Part shown: in pieces, positions 18,119 to 27,921 of the stretch
Numbering within the stretch: position 1 is the first letter of the stretch
Layout of the letters: each line of letters starts with the position of its first letter
NCBI GenBank assembly: GCA_964628855.1
Contig: CAZVMV010000006.1
Coordinates: forward strand, 4,539-68,538
DNA from: an uncultured Gammaproteobacteria bacterium
GTDB lineage: Bacteria > Patescibacteriota > Patescibacteriia > UBA10025 > JAHIVO01
DNA: 64,000 nucleotides
Direction: 5' to 3'
Notes under the pieces: generated by a model
Databases searched by the model: none
What the model was told of the DNA's origin: nothing
What the model saw: only the letters and a program-made list of their open reading frames with translations
Program-made: the position numbers and the translations under genes

Positions 18119-18973
18119 TTAACTGGTAATTTTTCTAATAATGGCTTGCAGCTCCTCGGCAGAATAATAATGCACCGTTATAGTCCCCCGCTTACCTTTC
18201 CTCCTGATTTCAACTTTGGTGCCCAGAGCGGCTTGAAGCATATCCTCCTTTTCCAAGATGTTTGGATCCTTTGCTCGACGGGCGTGCTGGCGCACGGATA
18301 CGCGTCTGGCTTGCGATTCAGTTATTCTTACTGACAGGCCGCTCTTTAGTACTTCCCTGAATAGCTTCTCTCGTTCTGCAGAAGTTTCGACGCTTAAAAG
18401 GGCTTTGGCGTGACCCTCTGTTATCTTACCCTCGGCCAGCGCTTGCTGCATGTCACTTGGTAAGGTCAGTAGCCTCAGCGAGTTTGTAACAGTGACGCGA
18501 TTCTGTCCGACTTTTTTACCAACTTCATCCTGTATCAAATTAAATTCATCAATTAACCTCTGATAGCCTCTGGCACGCTCAATAGGATTCAGGCTCTGTC
18601 GCTGTACGTTCTCCACGATAGCCAGCTCCAACTTCTCCTGCTCTGTCGCTGTCCTGATAACCGCCGGGACCTTTTTCAAGCCGGCAAGTTTTGCGGCCCG
18701 CAACCGACGCTCACCAGCGATCAGCTGATAACCGCCACGTGCGTGAATAACCACAAGTGGCTGGATAATCCCATGAACTTTTATCGAGTTTACAAGATCC
18801 TCTAGCGCCACCCGGTCAAAATTGGTACGCGGTTGGTGCGGATTCGGCTGAATTTCATTGATTGGCAATTCATGGGTTCCCTGGCTTATTACCGGCTCCT
18901 CAGCTTCTGAACGATCCATGTTCCGAGGCGGTATCAATGAATTCAAGCCCCTGCCTAATCCAGTTCTGTTCAT
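18119..18973 (-). CDS. parB: chromosome partitioning protein ParB
   Basis: Motifs GLGRGLNSLIP and IIQPLVV..GERRLRAAKLAG, plus an HTH. ATG 18973 is preferred because ATG 19003 would overlap parA. Confidence 0.9.
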   Translation of the reverse strand: MNRTGLGRGLNSLIPPRNMDRSEAEEPVISQGTHELPINEIQPNPHQPRTNFDRVALEDLVNSIKVHGIIQPLVVIHARGGYQLIAGERRLRAAKLAGLKKVPAVIRTATEQEKLELAIVENVQRQSLNPIERARGYQRLIDEFNLIQDEVGKKVGQNRVTVTNSLRLLTLPSDMQQALAEGKITEGHAKALLSVETSAEREKLFREVLKSGLSVRITESQARRVSVRQHARRAKDPNILEKEDMLQAALGTKVEIRRKGKRGTITVHYYSAEELQAIIRKITS

Positions 18974-18983
18974 ATATTTTATT

Positions 18984-19751
18984 TTAAATAATTTCTTGTT
19001 CAATTATTTCCCGGGCGAGCCGTTCGTAAGCCCTACCGCCGGGCGAGCGGCGGTCATAGTGCAAAATACTTTTACCGTAACTGGGGGCTTCTGCCAGCTG
19101 GACATTCCTGGGGATGACTGTGCGAAATATCTTATTTGGGAAAAACTGATACAGCTGGTTAAAAACATCTTTGGAAAGCCGACTTCGTTCATCATACATC
19201 GTCATCACCGCACCAAGTATTTTGAGATCTGGCTTAAGGTTTTGACGCACCAAATCGATCGTTTCAAGAAGTTGGCTCAGCCCTTCTAAGGCGTAATATT
19301 CAGTTTGGACCGGTATCAATGCCTCATCTGCCGCCACCAGTCCGTTTACGGTCAACAAACAAAGACTCGGAGGGCAATCTATTAGGATATAATCATAATC
19401 ATGCCTAACCTCTAGGATGGCATTATGCAGACGGAATTCCCTCGTTTCCACTTCAACAAGTTCTACCCTGGCTCCAGCCAAATCTATGGTCGAAGGAACC
19501 ACGCGTAGACCGTCTACCTCTGTCGGATGTATAACTTCACGAATCGACATTTCGGTCACTAATGGGTGGTATACGCCTCGTTCAATGGAACGATAATCCA
19601 GGCCAATACCTGATGAAGCGTTGCCCTGGGGGTCCAAATCAATTAACAGTACAAATTTGCCAAGATGGGCCAAGTAAGCGGCAACATTAACCGCGGTCGT
19701 GGTTTTACCCACCCCGCCTTTTTGGTTTACGATGGCAATTACACGTGGCAT
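18984..19751 (-). CDS. parA: chromosome partitioning ATPase ParA/Soj
   Basis: 255 aa with deviant Walker A KGGVGKTTTAVN and DLDPQGNAS. Confidence 0.92.
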   Translation of the reverse strand: MPRVIAIVNQKGGVGKTTTAVNVAAYLAHLGKFVLLIDLDPQGNASSGIGLDYRSIERGVYHPLVTEMSIREVIHPTEVDGLRVVPSTIDLAGARVELVEVETREFRLHNAILEVRHDYDYILIDCPPSLCLLTVNGLVAADEALIPVQTEYYALEGLSQLLETIDLVRQNLKPDLKILGAVMTMYDERSRLSKDVFNQLYQFFPNKIFRTVIPRNVQLAEAPSYGKSILHYDRRSPGGRAYERLAREIIEQEII

Positions 19752-19778
19752 AGATGCCGTAATTATAGCAAAAAACCG

Positions 19779-19807
19779 TTGACATAGACAGTTTTTTCTA
19801 ATAGAAT
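19779..19807 (+). promoter_or_regulatory. promoter TTGACA-17-TAGAAT for tRNA-Leu
   Basis: TTGACA at 19779..19784 and TAGAAT at 19802..19807. The tRNA starts 10 nt later. Confidence 0.6.
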
Positions 19808-19816
19808 CTCATATAT

Positions 19817-19903
19817 GCCGGGATGGCGGAATTGGCAGACGCACAGGACTCAAAATCCTGCGACCGCAAGGTCATGGGAGTTCGACCCTCCCTCCCGGCA
19901 CCA
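19817..19903 (+). tRNA. tRNA-Leu (anticodon CAA), long variable arm, CCA encoded
   Basis: GCCGGGA..anticodon loop CTCAAAA..GGGAG-TTCGACC-CTCCC-TCCCGGC-A-CCA. Confidence 0.9.
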
Positions 19904-19930
19904 ACCAGTAAAAATTTTTATCAACACAAA

Positions 19931-19957
19931 AACCTCCCGATTTATCAGGAGGTTTTT
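19931..19957. terminator. bidirectional terminator between tRNA-Leu and the BNR-repeat gene
   Basis: AACCTCC-N10-GGAGGTT, flanked by an A-run upstream and TTTTT downstream. Confidence 0.6.
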
Positions 19958-19968
19958 GGAAATATTAG

Positions 19969-22302
19969 TTATTTCTTAACCGTCAACGTCAGATTAAGCG
20001 TCCCAACGGCGGCATATTCATGGCGGTCAGTCCTGTCTGGCCACCAGTTCAACACGTACTTCGTGGTTTGCTGTGGGCGGAAAGGGGCGGTGAATTTTCC
20101 GTTCTTGTCAGTCTTGATCGTACCGATTAGTACATACTTAGTGCCGTTCAGACGATACATGCCGACCGTCTTGTTCGCCAGAGCTTTCCTGGTAGAACCG
20201 TCGATCAGATTGCCAGTCAACGTGACATACTTATTTTTCTTTACATTATTTGCGCTAAATTTTAGATTTACCATCTTTGACCTGGTCTTCATGCCGATCA
20301 GCCCATGTTTACTCCCGACCACCAATCCGTCAAATACGACCGAATTGAATGTTTCCGACTTCAATCCTTGATATAACAAACCCCATGAGGCTCCCTGGTC
20401 GCTTGACTTAAGCATGATGCCATGATTGGCATAATCAGTTGCCGTCAAATAAAGGGTGTTTGGCGTGGTGTTTTTCTGTACAGTAATTGCACCAAAACGC
20501 AGATAACCGGCAGGGGCGAGTTTGGTCCAAGTCGCACCACTGTCAGTGGATTTGAAAAATCCGTCAAGCATCTGTGGCGCAAGGTCATTTGAGGCTGTGG
20601 CGTAAACCGTTGTCTGGGTTTCAGGGTCAACGAGGATGCTATTGATGTTCAATTGGGTATCAATGCCTGTCAATTTAGTCCAGGTTCCGTTCTCATACTT
20701 ATAGATGCCCTTAGTTGACGACACTGCGGGCTTGCCTTCACCCGTGCCGGCATACATGATACCGGAAGTGGTCATAGACAAAACAGTGGCCGGGGCATCA
20801 TCGGAGATAGCGAGATCAGTCCAGGTAACGCCTGCATCCACACTCTTCAGGACTGCACCTTTATGATCAACAGGGTCAATCAAGGCTAAATATACCGTGC
20901 TCGTGTTTGCCGGATCAGTCAGAAAATACCTAGGACGTAAATTGTTCCAGTCCCCTGATTTGAATTTTGCGACGTTAACCACTGATGGGATTTGGCCTGT
21001 CCAAGTGGTGCCAGCGTCAGTACTGCGGTACACCCAACCACCGATTGAACCGGCCAGAACAATATTCGCATCGTCTGGCTTGACCCATACGGATTCGCCA
21101 ATACCACTGGAATCGCAACGAGTCAGTGGGTCGCATGGCAAGACCGGCCAAGTCCATGTGGGTACGGCAGCATTAAAATTAGTAGTTTTTGCCAAACCGT
21201 TGCTAGATGAAATCCAAGCTGTGGTTTTGTCGGTCGTATAGCTAATTGCCAAAACGTTTACTCCAGTGATGCCATTCAGACTGTTGCTCCAAGTCAAACC
21301 TCCGTTTGTACTCTTGCAAACGCCGCTCATACAGTCACCGTACAATACCGTTTCATCAGCAGAGTTAACCACCACTGTCTTTCCTGGACCACGCATGACA
21401 TTCGTATGCACGTCCATATCAGTCCATGTAGAGCCATTGTTAGTGGAATATCCGGAACACGCATACCACTTTGACGATGTCCAGACGGAATAATTGCCAC
21501 ATGGGCGCGAGGCTGACGTGCCGATATTTGTCCATGTAGAACCGGCGTTGGTCGATAACCACAAAGCATTATCACCACTTAATGTGATTATGTTGGCATC
21601 ATAAGGATCGGCATTAACATTTGTAAAAGACGAGACGCTAGCATCAACCGAAACGGCAGCCCAAGTTGTGCCGCCATCGGTGGTAACATATAGTTTAGCC
21701 ACTCCGGTCGTATCATTACGAGTAACGGCATAAAAAGTGCCGGATGTTTTTGAAGCAGCATAACTCATGATATTTTCGCCTGCAGCGATGGCCACATGAG
21801 TAAATGTCGCGCCGTTGTCACTGCTAAATATTGTCGTATCGTTCCAAGTCGTAAAAAGCTTTCCCTGGGCAAAAAGCATTGGACTGCCCATATTAGTCCC
21901 AAGCTGAGTCAGTGTTGCCCCATAATCGGTGCTCTTATACACCCCATCGAGCGCCACGAAAACGGTATGGGTGGCTGGATCAACTTCAACGGCGGTCCCT
22001 GACCCTAAATCATAAGTGCCAGCCGGCCGCTGCCAAGTGGCCGCCGCATCGGTCGAGTAAAAGAATCCGTTTGGGACACCGCTGGCTATGGTATAAACAT
22101 GATCTCCATCAACTGCAATATCCCAATTATCTCCGCCATAAATCCCCAGATTGGTCGAAATTGCTTTTTGTTGTGCCTCTGGCACCGCTGCCGGGACCTC
22201 ATCGGCCTGTGCCATGGTGATGGCTAGGGTCCCTGCCAAAATAAATCCAATACCAACAGCCCATAGTACGACGATACTAGGCCGTTTAAACCCCTTTGTC
22301 AT
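19969..22302 (-). CDS. secreted/anchored BNR (Asp-box) repeat beta-propeller protein
   Basis: 777 aa with an N-terminal signal anchor. At least 10 S-x-D-x-G-x-T-W repeats are present (STDAAATW, TTDGGTTW, STNAGSTW, STDAGTTW, SVDAGVTW, STDSGATW, SSDQGASW). The C-terminus is an Ig-like domain. Confidence 0.8.
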   Translation of the reverse strand: MTKGFKRPSIVVLWAVGIGFILAGTLAITMAQADEVPAAVPEAQQKAISTNLGIYGGDNWDIAVDGDHVYTIASGVPNGFFYSTDAAATWQRPAGTYDLGSGTAVEVDPATHTVFVALDGVYKSTDYGATLTQLGTNMGSPMLFAQGKLFTTWNDTTIFSSDNGATFTHVAIAAGENIMSYAASKTSGTFYAVTRNDTTGVAKLYVTTDGGTTWAAVSVDASVSSFTNVNADPYDANIITLSGDNALWLSTNAGSTWTNIGTSASRPCGNYSVWTSSKWYACSGYSTNNGSTWTDMDVHTNVMRGPGKTVVVNSADETVLYGDCMSGVCKSTNGGLTWSNSLNGITGVNVLAISYTTDKTTAWISSSNGLAKTTNFNAAVPTWTWPVLPCDPLTRCDSSGIGESVWVKPDDANIVLAGSIGGWVYRSTDAGTTWTGQIPSVVNVAKFKSGDWNNLRPRYFLTDPANTSTVYLALIDPVDHKGAVLKSVDAGVTWTDLAISDDAPATVLSMTTSGIMYAGTGEGKPAVSSTKGIYKYENGTWTKLTGIDTQLNINSILVDPETQTTVYATASNDLAPQMLDGFFKSTDSGATWTKLAPAGYLRFGAITVQKNTTPNTLYLTATDYANHGIMLKSSDQGASWGLLYQGLKSETFNSVVFDGLVVGSKHGLIGMKTRSKMVNLKFSANNVKKNKYVTLTGNLIDGSTRKALANKTVGMYRLNGTKYVLIGTIKTDKNGKFTAPFRPQQTTKYVLNWWPDRTDRHEYAAVGTLNLTLTVKK

Positions 22303-22398
22303 AGTGTTTATTTTAATGGTTACAGGGGCAAATTGCCCCTCTTACCTAATAAGTATAACTTAGCGGTAATTAAGTGGCAACCGGTGTTTAATAAACGC

Positions 22399-22420
22399 AA
22401 AAAACGTCTGCCCGCCAGAC
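22399..22420 (-). terminator. putative terminator after the tRNA pair
   Basis: On the minus strand GTCTG-GCGGG-CAGAC is followed by GTTTTTTG. Confidence 0.45.
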
Positions 22421-22422
22421 CA

Positions 22423-22495
22423 TACCAGGGGTGGGGATCGAACCCACGACCTCGGGCTTATGAGTCCCACGCTCTACCGACTGAGCTACCCTGGC
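22423..22495 (-). tRNA. tRNA with CAT anticodon (elongator Met or Ile2-lysidine type), no encoded CCA
   Basis: GCCAGGG-TA-GCTC..GAGC..loop CTCATAA..GTGGG-TTCGATC-CCCAC-CCCTGGT-A. It has a G1:U72 wobble and an A31:G39 mismatch. Confidence 0.8.
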
Positions 22496-22531
22496 CCAAG
22501 TCAGGCGGGCAGAGGTTGATGCAAATTTTGT

Positions 22532-22606
22532 TGGTTGCCGGGGGGGGATTCGAACCCCCGACCTCGGGATTATGAGCCCCGCGAGCTGCCACTGCTCTAC
22601 CCGGCG
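22532..22606 (-). tRNA. initiator tRNA-fMet (CAT), CCA encoded
   Basis: CGCCGGG..CGGGG-CTCATAA-TCCCG..GGGGG-TTCGAAT-CCCCC-CCCGGCA-A-CCA. The C1:A72 mismatch and the G:C run in the anticodon stem are initiator hallmarks. Confidence 0.88.
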
Positions 22607-22641
22607 ATAAAGCATAGAAAACCCTATTAGGGTTCGCTGGC

Positions 22642-22670
22642 ATTATAGAGTAACATCAATAAAATGGCAA
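22642..22670 (-). promoter_or_regulatory. promoter TTGCCA-17-TATAAT for the tRNA-fMet/tRNA-CAT pair
   Basis: The reverse complement of 22665..22670 is TTGCCA and of 22642..22647 is TATAAT. Confidence 0.55.
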
Positions 22671-22740
22671 GGCATAAACCCCTCATATCCGATCCAAAAC
22701 GATCCCGTGCTATACTTATACCATTATCAGTAAATTTAAT

Positions 22741-23637
22741 ATGCACCAAACAGTTGGATTATTAGCCGCATTTATCGCCCTCCTCGCCTGGGGATTCGGT
22801 GATTTCGCCATCCAAAAATCAGTGAGGATCGTCGGTGCCATGCCCACATTATTCGTCATTGGCATTATTGGTTCAATCGGGCTTTTCCCTTTTGTCTCAC
22901 ATGAGATTCCTCAACTTTTCAAATCAGGGAAAACTGGCCTGCTGTTGATCGCAACCGTTTTCATCACATTGATTTGCGCAATCTTGTTATTTGAAGCATT
23001 ACGACGGGGCAAATTATCGGTCATCGAACCAGTTGCAAGCTTTGAATTGCCGATCACTATCATTATCACTACGGTAATAATCGGGGAATCGATCTCGCAC
23101 CTTCAACTATGGTTAATTGTCCTGATTTTCTTAGGGCTACTGACTACGGTCCTGCACCGCGAACCTCGCCATTGGTGGAACGTTTTCCACCACACAACAT
23201 TCTTTGAGCGCGGCGTGGTCATCGCCCTGACCGGCACCCTGGCAGCAGCCCTAACCAACACGTTCACAGGCCTTCTTAGCCAGCATACCACACCGATGGT
23301 TGCCATCTGGGGAATCCACACTTCACTTGCGCTAATCTGCCTTTTTTGGATGGTTTTGCGCAAACAAATTAGGTCATCGCTCCAATTGGCCAGGACACAC
23401 TGGCGGCCGATAATCCTCCAGGGAATTTTTGACAATATCGCCTGGCTAGCCTACGCCTATGCCGTGACTGGCCTGCAAATATCAATTACCATAGCAATTA
23501 CAGAAAGTTATATTGCCCTGGCGGCATTATTGGGCATTACGTTAAATAAAGAGCATCTTCAGCGTCACCAGTATTTCGGCATTGCGATCACGCTTATTGC
23601 TGTAATCATTCTGGCGACTATAAGCGCGTCAATTTGA
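22741..23637 (+). CDS. EamA/DMT family transporter
   Basis: 298 aa with about 10 TM helices arranged as two EamA-like halves. Confidence 0.75.
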   Translation: MHQTVGLLAAFIALLAWGFGDFAIQKSVRIVGAMPTLFVIGIIGSIGLFPFVSHEIPQLFKSGKTGLLLIATVFITLICAILLFEALRRGKLSVIEPVASFELPITIIITTVIIGESISHLQLWLIVLIFLGLLTTVLHREPRHWWNVFHHTTFFERGVVIALTGTLAAALTNTFTGLLSQHTTPMVAIWGIHTSLALICLFWMVLRKQIRSSLQLARTHWRPIILQGIFDNIAWLAYAYAVTGLQISITIAITESYIALAALLGITLNKEHLQRHQYFGIAITLIAVIILATISASI

Positions 23638-23643
23638 TCCAAG

Positions 23644-24147
23644 ATGTTTGCCACTACACACATCCTTTCCGGAATTATCATTGGCCAGCATGCACCTAAT
23701 GCCTGGTGGGCTTTCGGCATTTCGCTGATTTCACATTATGCTCTTGATTTTATTCCACATGGCGATGCGCCCCTCGGGCCATGGATGGTTTCAGACCCCA
23801 AAAAACGCCGTTTAATATATGTCCTAGGCGCTGATGCCTGCATATCGGCACTGATGTTGGCTTACTTTTGGGCAAATGGCAAGTTGCCGGCTTTATCCTT
23901 GCTCATCCCGGCAATACTGGGAGCCTTGCTACCTGACCTGTTTTGGTTTATTTATTTCTTTTTTTCTCAATCTAACTTTCTGAAAAATAAATTTCCAAAA
24001 TTATTTTCTATATTTAAACGTATTGATGAATTTCACCATTTCATCCATTCGCTAGTTGATAAAAAAATAAAAAAAATATGGCCGGGCATTACCGTCCAAT
24101 TAATAATTGTTACTATATTTGTTTATTTAATTTTTTCCTGGCGGTAA
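23644..24147 (+). CDS. hypothetical membrane protein (possibly YdjM/DUF457-like)
   Basis: 167 aa with 4-5 TM helices. It contains THILSG and SHYALDFIPHGD His-rich motifs. The 3' end overlaps convergent lgt by 25 nt. Confidence 0.55.
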   Translation: MFATTHILSGIIIGQHAPNAWWAFGISLISHYALDFIPHGDAPLGPWMVSDPKKRRLIYVLGADACISALMLAYFWANGKLPALSLLIPAILGALLPDLFWFIYFFFSQSNFLKNKFPKLFSIFKRIDEFHHFIHSLVDKKIKKIWPGITVQLIIVTIFVYLIFSWR

Positions 24148-24911
24148 ATATTACAACAAGCCACGAGCGCAGGGATAAAAATTAGTATACTCAACCACTG
24201 TGTCTCGCTCAGGGCTCCGATCATCGGCTTATGTAAGCGGACAAAATCGAGAAAAAAACGGATTACAGAAAATAACAAGAAATAAACCAGAGTCACGATC
24301 CCTGACCCCGCCTTTTGTCTGCGCGAGAGCCAAACCAGAACGCCGAATATAATCAACATCAATACGGACTCATAAAAAAATAATGGATGGAAAAATTCAT
24401 AAGATTCATAGCCCGGTTCGCGAAATTGTAACTCAATCGGGATGCTGACAGATGATTTTGTCGGATAGCCATACAGCTCCTGATTGAAATAGTTGCCCCA
24501 GCGTCCAATGGCCTGCATCAAAGGCAATGGAACAACCATGAGATCGGTTAAAAGGAAAAATTTTATCTTCTTCCGGCGAGAATACAGCCAGACTGCCAAT
24601 AACGATCCAAAAATAACCCCGTGAATCGCCAAGCCCCCTCGCCAGATGCTGAAAAGTTCGGAAGGTTTACTTTGGTAATATCCCCACTCTCCAATAACGT
24701 GCCCAATCCTTCCGCCAAGCAACCCAAGAAATAAAACAAGAAAAAACAGGTTATAGACATGAGTCGTGTCAACCTGTTTTTTCTTAAAAAAATATAGAGT
24801 GAGGAATAAACCCGAGATGACTGCCATGGCAATCAATAATCCGTACCATCTCAATTCAACCGGGCCGATTGTCGCTAGAATGGCCTGAGGATGGACGGTG
24901 TGCCAAAACAT
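24123..24911 (-). CDS. lgt: prolipoprotein diacylglyceryl transferase
   Basis: 262 aa. Motifs GGRIGH, GGLAIHG and RWGNYFNQELYG. Confidence 0.9.
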   Translation of the reverse strand: MFWHTVHPQAILATIGPVELRWYGLLIAMAVISGLFLTLYFFKKKQVDTTHVYNLFFLVLFLGLLGGRIGHVIGEWGYYQSKPSELFSIWRGGLAIHGVIFGSLLAVWLYSRRKKIKFFLLTDLMVVPLPLMQAIGRWGNYFNQELYGYPTKSSVSIPIELQFREPGYESYEFFHPLFFYESVLMLIIFGVLVWLSRRQKAGSGIVTLVYFLLFSVIRFFLDFVRLHKPMIGALSETQWLSILIFIPALVACCNIYRQEKIK

Positions 24912-24935
24912 AGCTACAAATTATCAGATGTATTT

Positions 24936-25694
24936 TTACTGAGCCAACGCAGCGTCAATTGCCGATTTAAAACTTGAATACGGCAGGGCTCCGGAAATGA
25001 GCGTCCCATTTACGAAAGTCGCTGGAGTACCATTAACACCGTAACCCTGACCTTCTGTCTGGTCACTGTTGACCCGCGAAGTCGATGTGCCCTGATCCAG
25101 ACAAGTGTTAAATTTCGAAGTATTTAAGCCCAAATCTTTCGCGTAACCCTTGAGGTCTGTGACGGTCAGCGCGCTCTGATTTTGGAACAACTTATCATGC
25201 ATTTCCCAAAATTTTCCCTGGGCGCCGGCGCATTCAGCTGCTTCCGCAGATTTCTGCGCATTAGGATGAATGCTTGTCAGCGGGAAATATCTGTACACGA
25301 GCTTAACTTTTCCCTTATAGTCCGTCATGATCTGATTTAGAGTTGTAAACAAAGACTCGCAATAAGGACACTCAAAATCCGAGTATTCAACAAGCGTGAC
25401 CGCTGCATTTGTGTCGCCCTTTACGTGGTCCGTATCCTTGATTTGAATGTCAACTTTTGTGGGTGCCGTGTTGGTATTGGCTACGGCTGTATTAGTATTT
25501 ACGGCCGCGACCTGATTCGTGTTACTGTCCCCATTGCCGTCAATTTTCGTCCGCAAAAGGGAATAGGTCATAATAAACGCCACCAGGGATGTTAAAGTGA
25601 TACCGGCCAAAATTCCGGTAATGAAAGCCATGCGCGGGGGCGTTTTAAAAACGACCGACTGCGGCTTTTCATCAAAATTTTTCATGTCCGACAT
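24936..25694 (-). CDS. membrane-anchored DsbA-family thiol:disulfide oxidoreductase (paralog A)
   Basis: 252 aa with an N-terminal TM helix, CPYC active site and DSBA-like fold (FVNGTLISGALPY). Confidence 0.85.
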   Translation of the reverse strand: MSDMKNFDEKPQSVVFKTPPRMAFITGILAGITLTSLVAFIMTYSLLRTKIDGNGDSNTNQVAAVNTNTAVANTNTAPTKVDIQIKDTDHVKGDTNAAVTLVEYSDFECPYCESLFTTLNQIMTDYKGKVKLVYRYFPLTSIHPNAQKSAEAAECAGAQGKFWEMHDKLFQNQSALTVTDLKGYAKDLGLNTSKFNTCLDQGTSTSRVNSDQTEGQGYGVNGTPATFVNGTLISGALPYSSFKSAIDAALAQ

Positions 25695-25792
25695 ATATTA
25701 TAATTTATTAATTATTATTTTTTAGTTATTAAAAGTGCCGACCCATTTATCTAATTGTACCATACCCCTGTTGTGAGTCAATTGCGCATGAT

Positions 25793-26509
25793 TTATTGCG
25801 CATAGGCTGCCAGCAACCGATCAATAGCACTCTGCATGTCCGCGAATGAAATTACGCCCGGGAATATTCTACCATTGATGAAAAAAGTAGGGGTACCAGT
25901 GACTCCAGCATTCAATCCGTCTTCAAAATCCTTCTGGACCTTGACCGAATACGTACCTTGGTCGAGGCAAGTATTGAACTTATCGGTATCAAGATTGATC
26001 TCCTTGGCGTAGTTCTTTAGGGACAAAACGGAAAGGTCGGACTGGTTGATGAACATTTTATCATGCATAGCCCAAAATTTATCCTGGGCGTGCGCGCACA
26101 ATCCAGCTTCAGCGGCTTTCTGCGCGTTAGGGTGGCTTTCGGTTATCGGGAAATTGCGGTACTCAAATTTTATCCTATTACCGTAATAGTTTGTTAATTC
26201 CCGTACGACTGAAAAGGCCTCTTTGCAATAGGGGCATTGGAAATCTGAAAATTCAACAATTACAACACTGGCTGTCGGACTGCCAATAAATGGGGCGTCC
26301 GGCACGTCGACATTGGCATTCGTCGCAGTAACCGCATTACTGTTTCCGTTGAAATTCTTGACGTTCTGCCTGACTAGGATAAAAAAATATATCCCCGCCA
26401 CCACTACCAGTCCGATGATGACTGCGGCAACTACAAAAAGAGTCTTCCAGCGGCGGGCTTTACGGTCGGCCTCCTCATACCCAGCATGACCAATTTCACT
26501 TTGTTCCAT
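25793..26509 (-). CDS. membrane-anchored DsbA-family thiol:disulfide oxidoreductase (paralog B)
   Basis: 238 aa with CPYC. It is colinear with the 24936..25694 product. Confidence 0.85.
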   Translation of the reverse strand: MEQSEIGHAGYEEADRKARRWKTLFVVAAVIIGLVVVAGIYFFILVRQNVKNFNGNSNAVTATNANVDVPDAPFIGSPTASVVIVEFSDFQCPYCKEAFSVVRELTNYYGNRIKFEYRNFPITESHPNAQKAAEAGLCAHAQDKFWAMHDKMFINQSDLSVLSLKNYAKEINLDTDKFNTCLDQGTYSVKVQKDFEDGLNAGVTGTPTFFINGRIFPGVISFADMQSAIDRLLAAYAQ

Positions 26510-26538
26510 AGTTTCAAATAGGCTTATACGCCTGCTGG

Positions 26539-26751
26539 CTATTCAGGGAATATCCTGCGTCCATTATCTTCATATAATTCAATGGCCAAAACTGGGCAGG
26601 ATTTCGCTGCATCCAGGATTGTCTGATGATCCGCCCCTTGTTCATTCTTCATCTTGACCTTTCCCTCCTCATCCAGCTCAAAAACTTCAGGGGCAATTGC
26701 CACGCATGTGCCCGCGCTTATGCATTTATCTCGATCGAGATGAATTTTCAT
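26539..26751 (-). CDS. single-cluster ferredoxin
   Basis: 70 aa. The pattern DKCISAGTC...KSCP is typical of small [3Fe-4S]/[4Fe-4S] ferredoxins. Confidence 0.8.
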   Translation of the reverse strand: MKIHLDRDKCISAGTCVAIAPEVFELDEEGKVKMKNEQGADHQTILDAAKSCPVLAIELYEDNGRRIFPE

Positions 26752-26757
26752 AATAAC

Positions 26758-27255
26758 CTATTCCTTACGTTTACCTAATTGGTGATCCAGCATCAGGATT
26801 GCGCTTCCCTTATCCCCGACCATTTTCAGCTTTTCCACAATTTCCAGTGTATTGGCCTCCTCCTCCACCTGCTCATCGATAAACCACTTCAAAAAACTCT
26901 GTGCGGAATAATCTTTTTCTTTGAGCGCCAGTTCATACAAGCCATCAATTAGTTTTGTAATCTTCTGCTCGTGCTGGTAGGCCAAACCGAAAGCCTGATG
27001 GGGAGGCGGCAATTTTACCGGCGGTTTTGGCAGTGCGGACAATTCAATTTTGCCGCCCTTTTCGATGATGAAATCCAGGAATTTTATAGCATGAGTGAGC
27101 TCCTCCTGATACTGAACGCGTAACCACGCCCCGAAGCCTTTCAGATTGAGCGACTCATAATACCCAGCCAATGCAAGGTATAACATGGCCGAATACTGTT
27201 CCTCGGCAATCTGCCTATTAAAGGCCGCTTCTAGTTTTTTGCTTATCATAAACAA
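26758..27255 (-). CDS. ferritin (non-haem)
   Basis: Ferritin-like four-helix di-iron ligands (EEQYSAMLY, QEELTHAIKF, EQKIT, FIDEQVEEE). It probably starts at ATG 27249. Confidence 0.85.
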   Translation of the reverse strand: MFMISKKLEAAFNRQIAEEQYSAMLYLALAGYYESLNLKGFGAWLRVQYQEELTHAIKFLDFIIEKGGKIELSALPKPPVKLPPPHQAFGLAYQHEQKITKLIDGLYELALKEKDYSAQSFLKWFIDEQVEEEANTLEIVEKLKMVGDKGSAILMLDHQLGKRKE

Positions 27256-27299
27256 TTATGTTAATTAATTAGGCCTTATTACTATACAACAATCTCCTA

Positions 27300-27911
27300 C
27301 TATTTGGTAGCCATCAAAATGCTTTCAACTGCTGTCCAATTTACCACCTGCCAAAAAGCTTTAATATAATCCGCACGGACATTCCTATATTTCAGGTAGT
27401 AGGCATGTTCCCACACATCCAGACCAAGGAGAGGAGTACGGCCGAGAGATAGGGGCGAATCCTGGTTTGCAGTCTTTTCGATTACGAGTTTCCTCCCACT
27501 GAGCGATAGCCAAGCCCAACCTGAACCAAACAGGTTAAGGGCGACATCGCTCATCTGCTCCTTAAGTTTTTCAAAACTGCCAAATTCCTGATTGATCGCC
27601 TCAGCCAACTCCCCTTTCGGTTCGCCGCCAGATTTCGGGCCCATAGTTGCCCAATACAGATTATGGTTGTAATGACCACCTCCAGCATTCTTCACGGCCA
27701 GCCTGATATCCTCAGGAATTGACGTCAAATCACGCAATAACACCTCTATTGGTTTTTCGAACAACTCCGGATGTTTTTCGACAGCCGCGTTTAATTTTTG
27801 CGTATAGGTATCGTGATGTTTGTCATGATGCAGTTTCACAGTAGCTGCGTCAATATGCGGTTCCAGAGCATCATAATCATAAGGCAATGGTGGGGTAATA
27901 TATTTATTCAT
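27300..27911 (-). CDS. Fe/Mn superoxide dismutase
   Basis: Motifs HHDKHH and DVWEHAYYL. Start trimmed to ATG 27911 because the longer ORF would overlap sufU. Confidence 0.92.
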   Translation of the reverse strand: MNKYITPPLPYDYDALEPHIDAATVKLHHDKHHDTYTQKLNAAVEKHPELFEKPIEVLLRDLTSIPEDIRLAVKNAGGGHYNHNLYWATMGPKSGGEPKGELAEAINQEFGSFEKLKEQMSDVALNLFGSGWAWLSLSGRKLVIEKTANQDSPLSLGRTPLLGLDVWEHAYYLKYRNVRADYIKAFWQVVNWTAVESILMATK

Positions 27912-27921
27912 AAATTTATCG

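Noticed and set aside
19823-20371. 182-aa plus-strand ORF.
   Set aside because: It starts inside tRNA-Leu and is antisense to the BNR-repeat gene. Its composition is low-complexity and it has no signals.
22333-22643. Three 61-80-aa ORFs on both strands.
   Set aside because: They are translations of the two tRNA genes (fMet and CAT) and their spacers.
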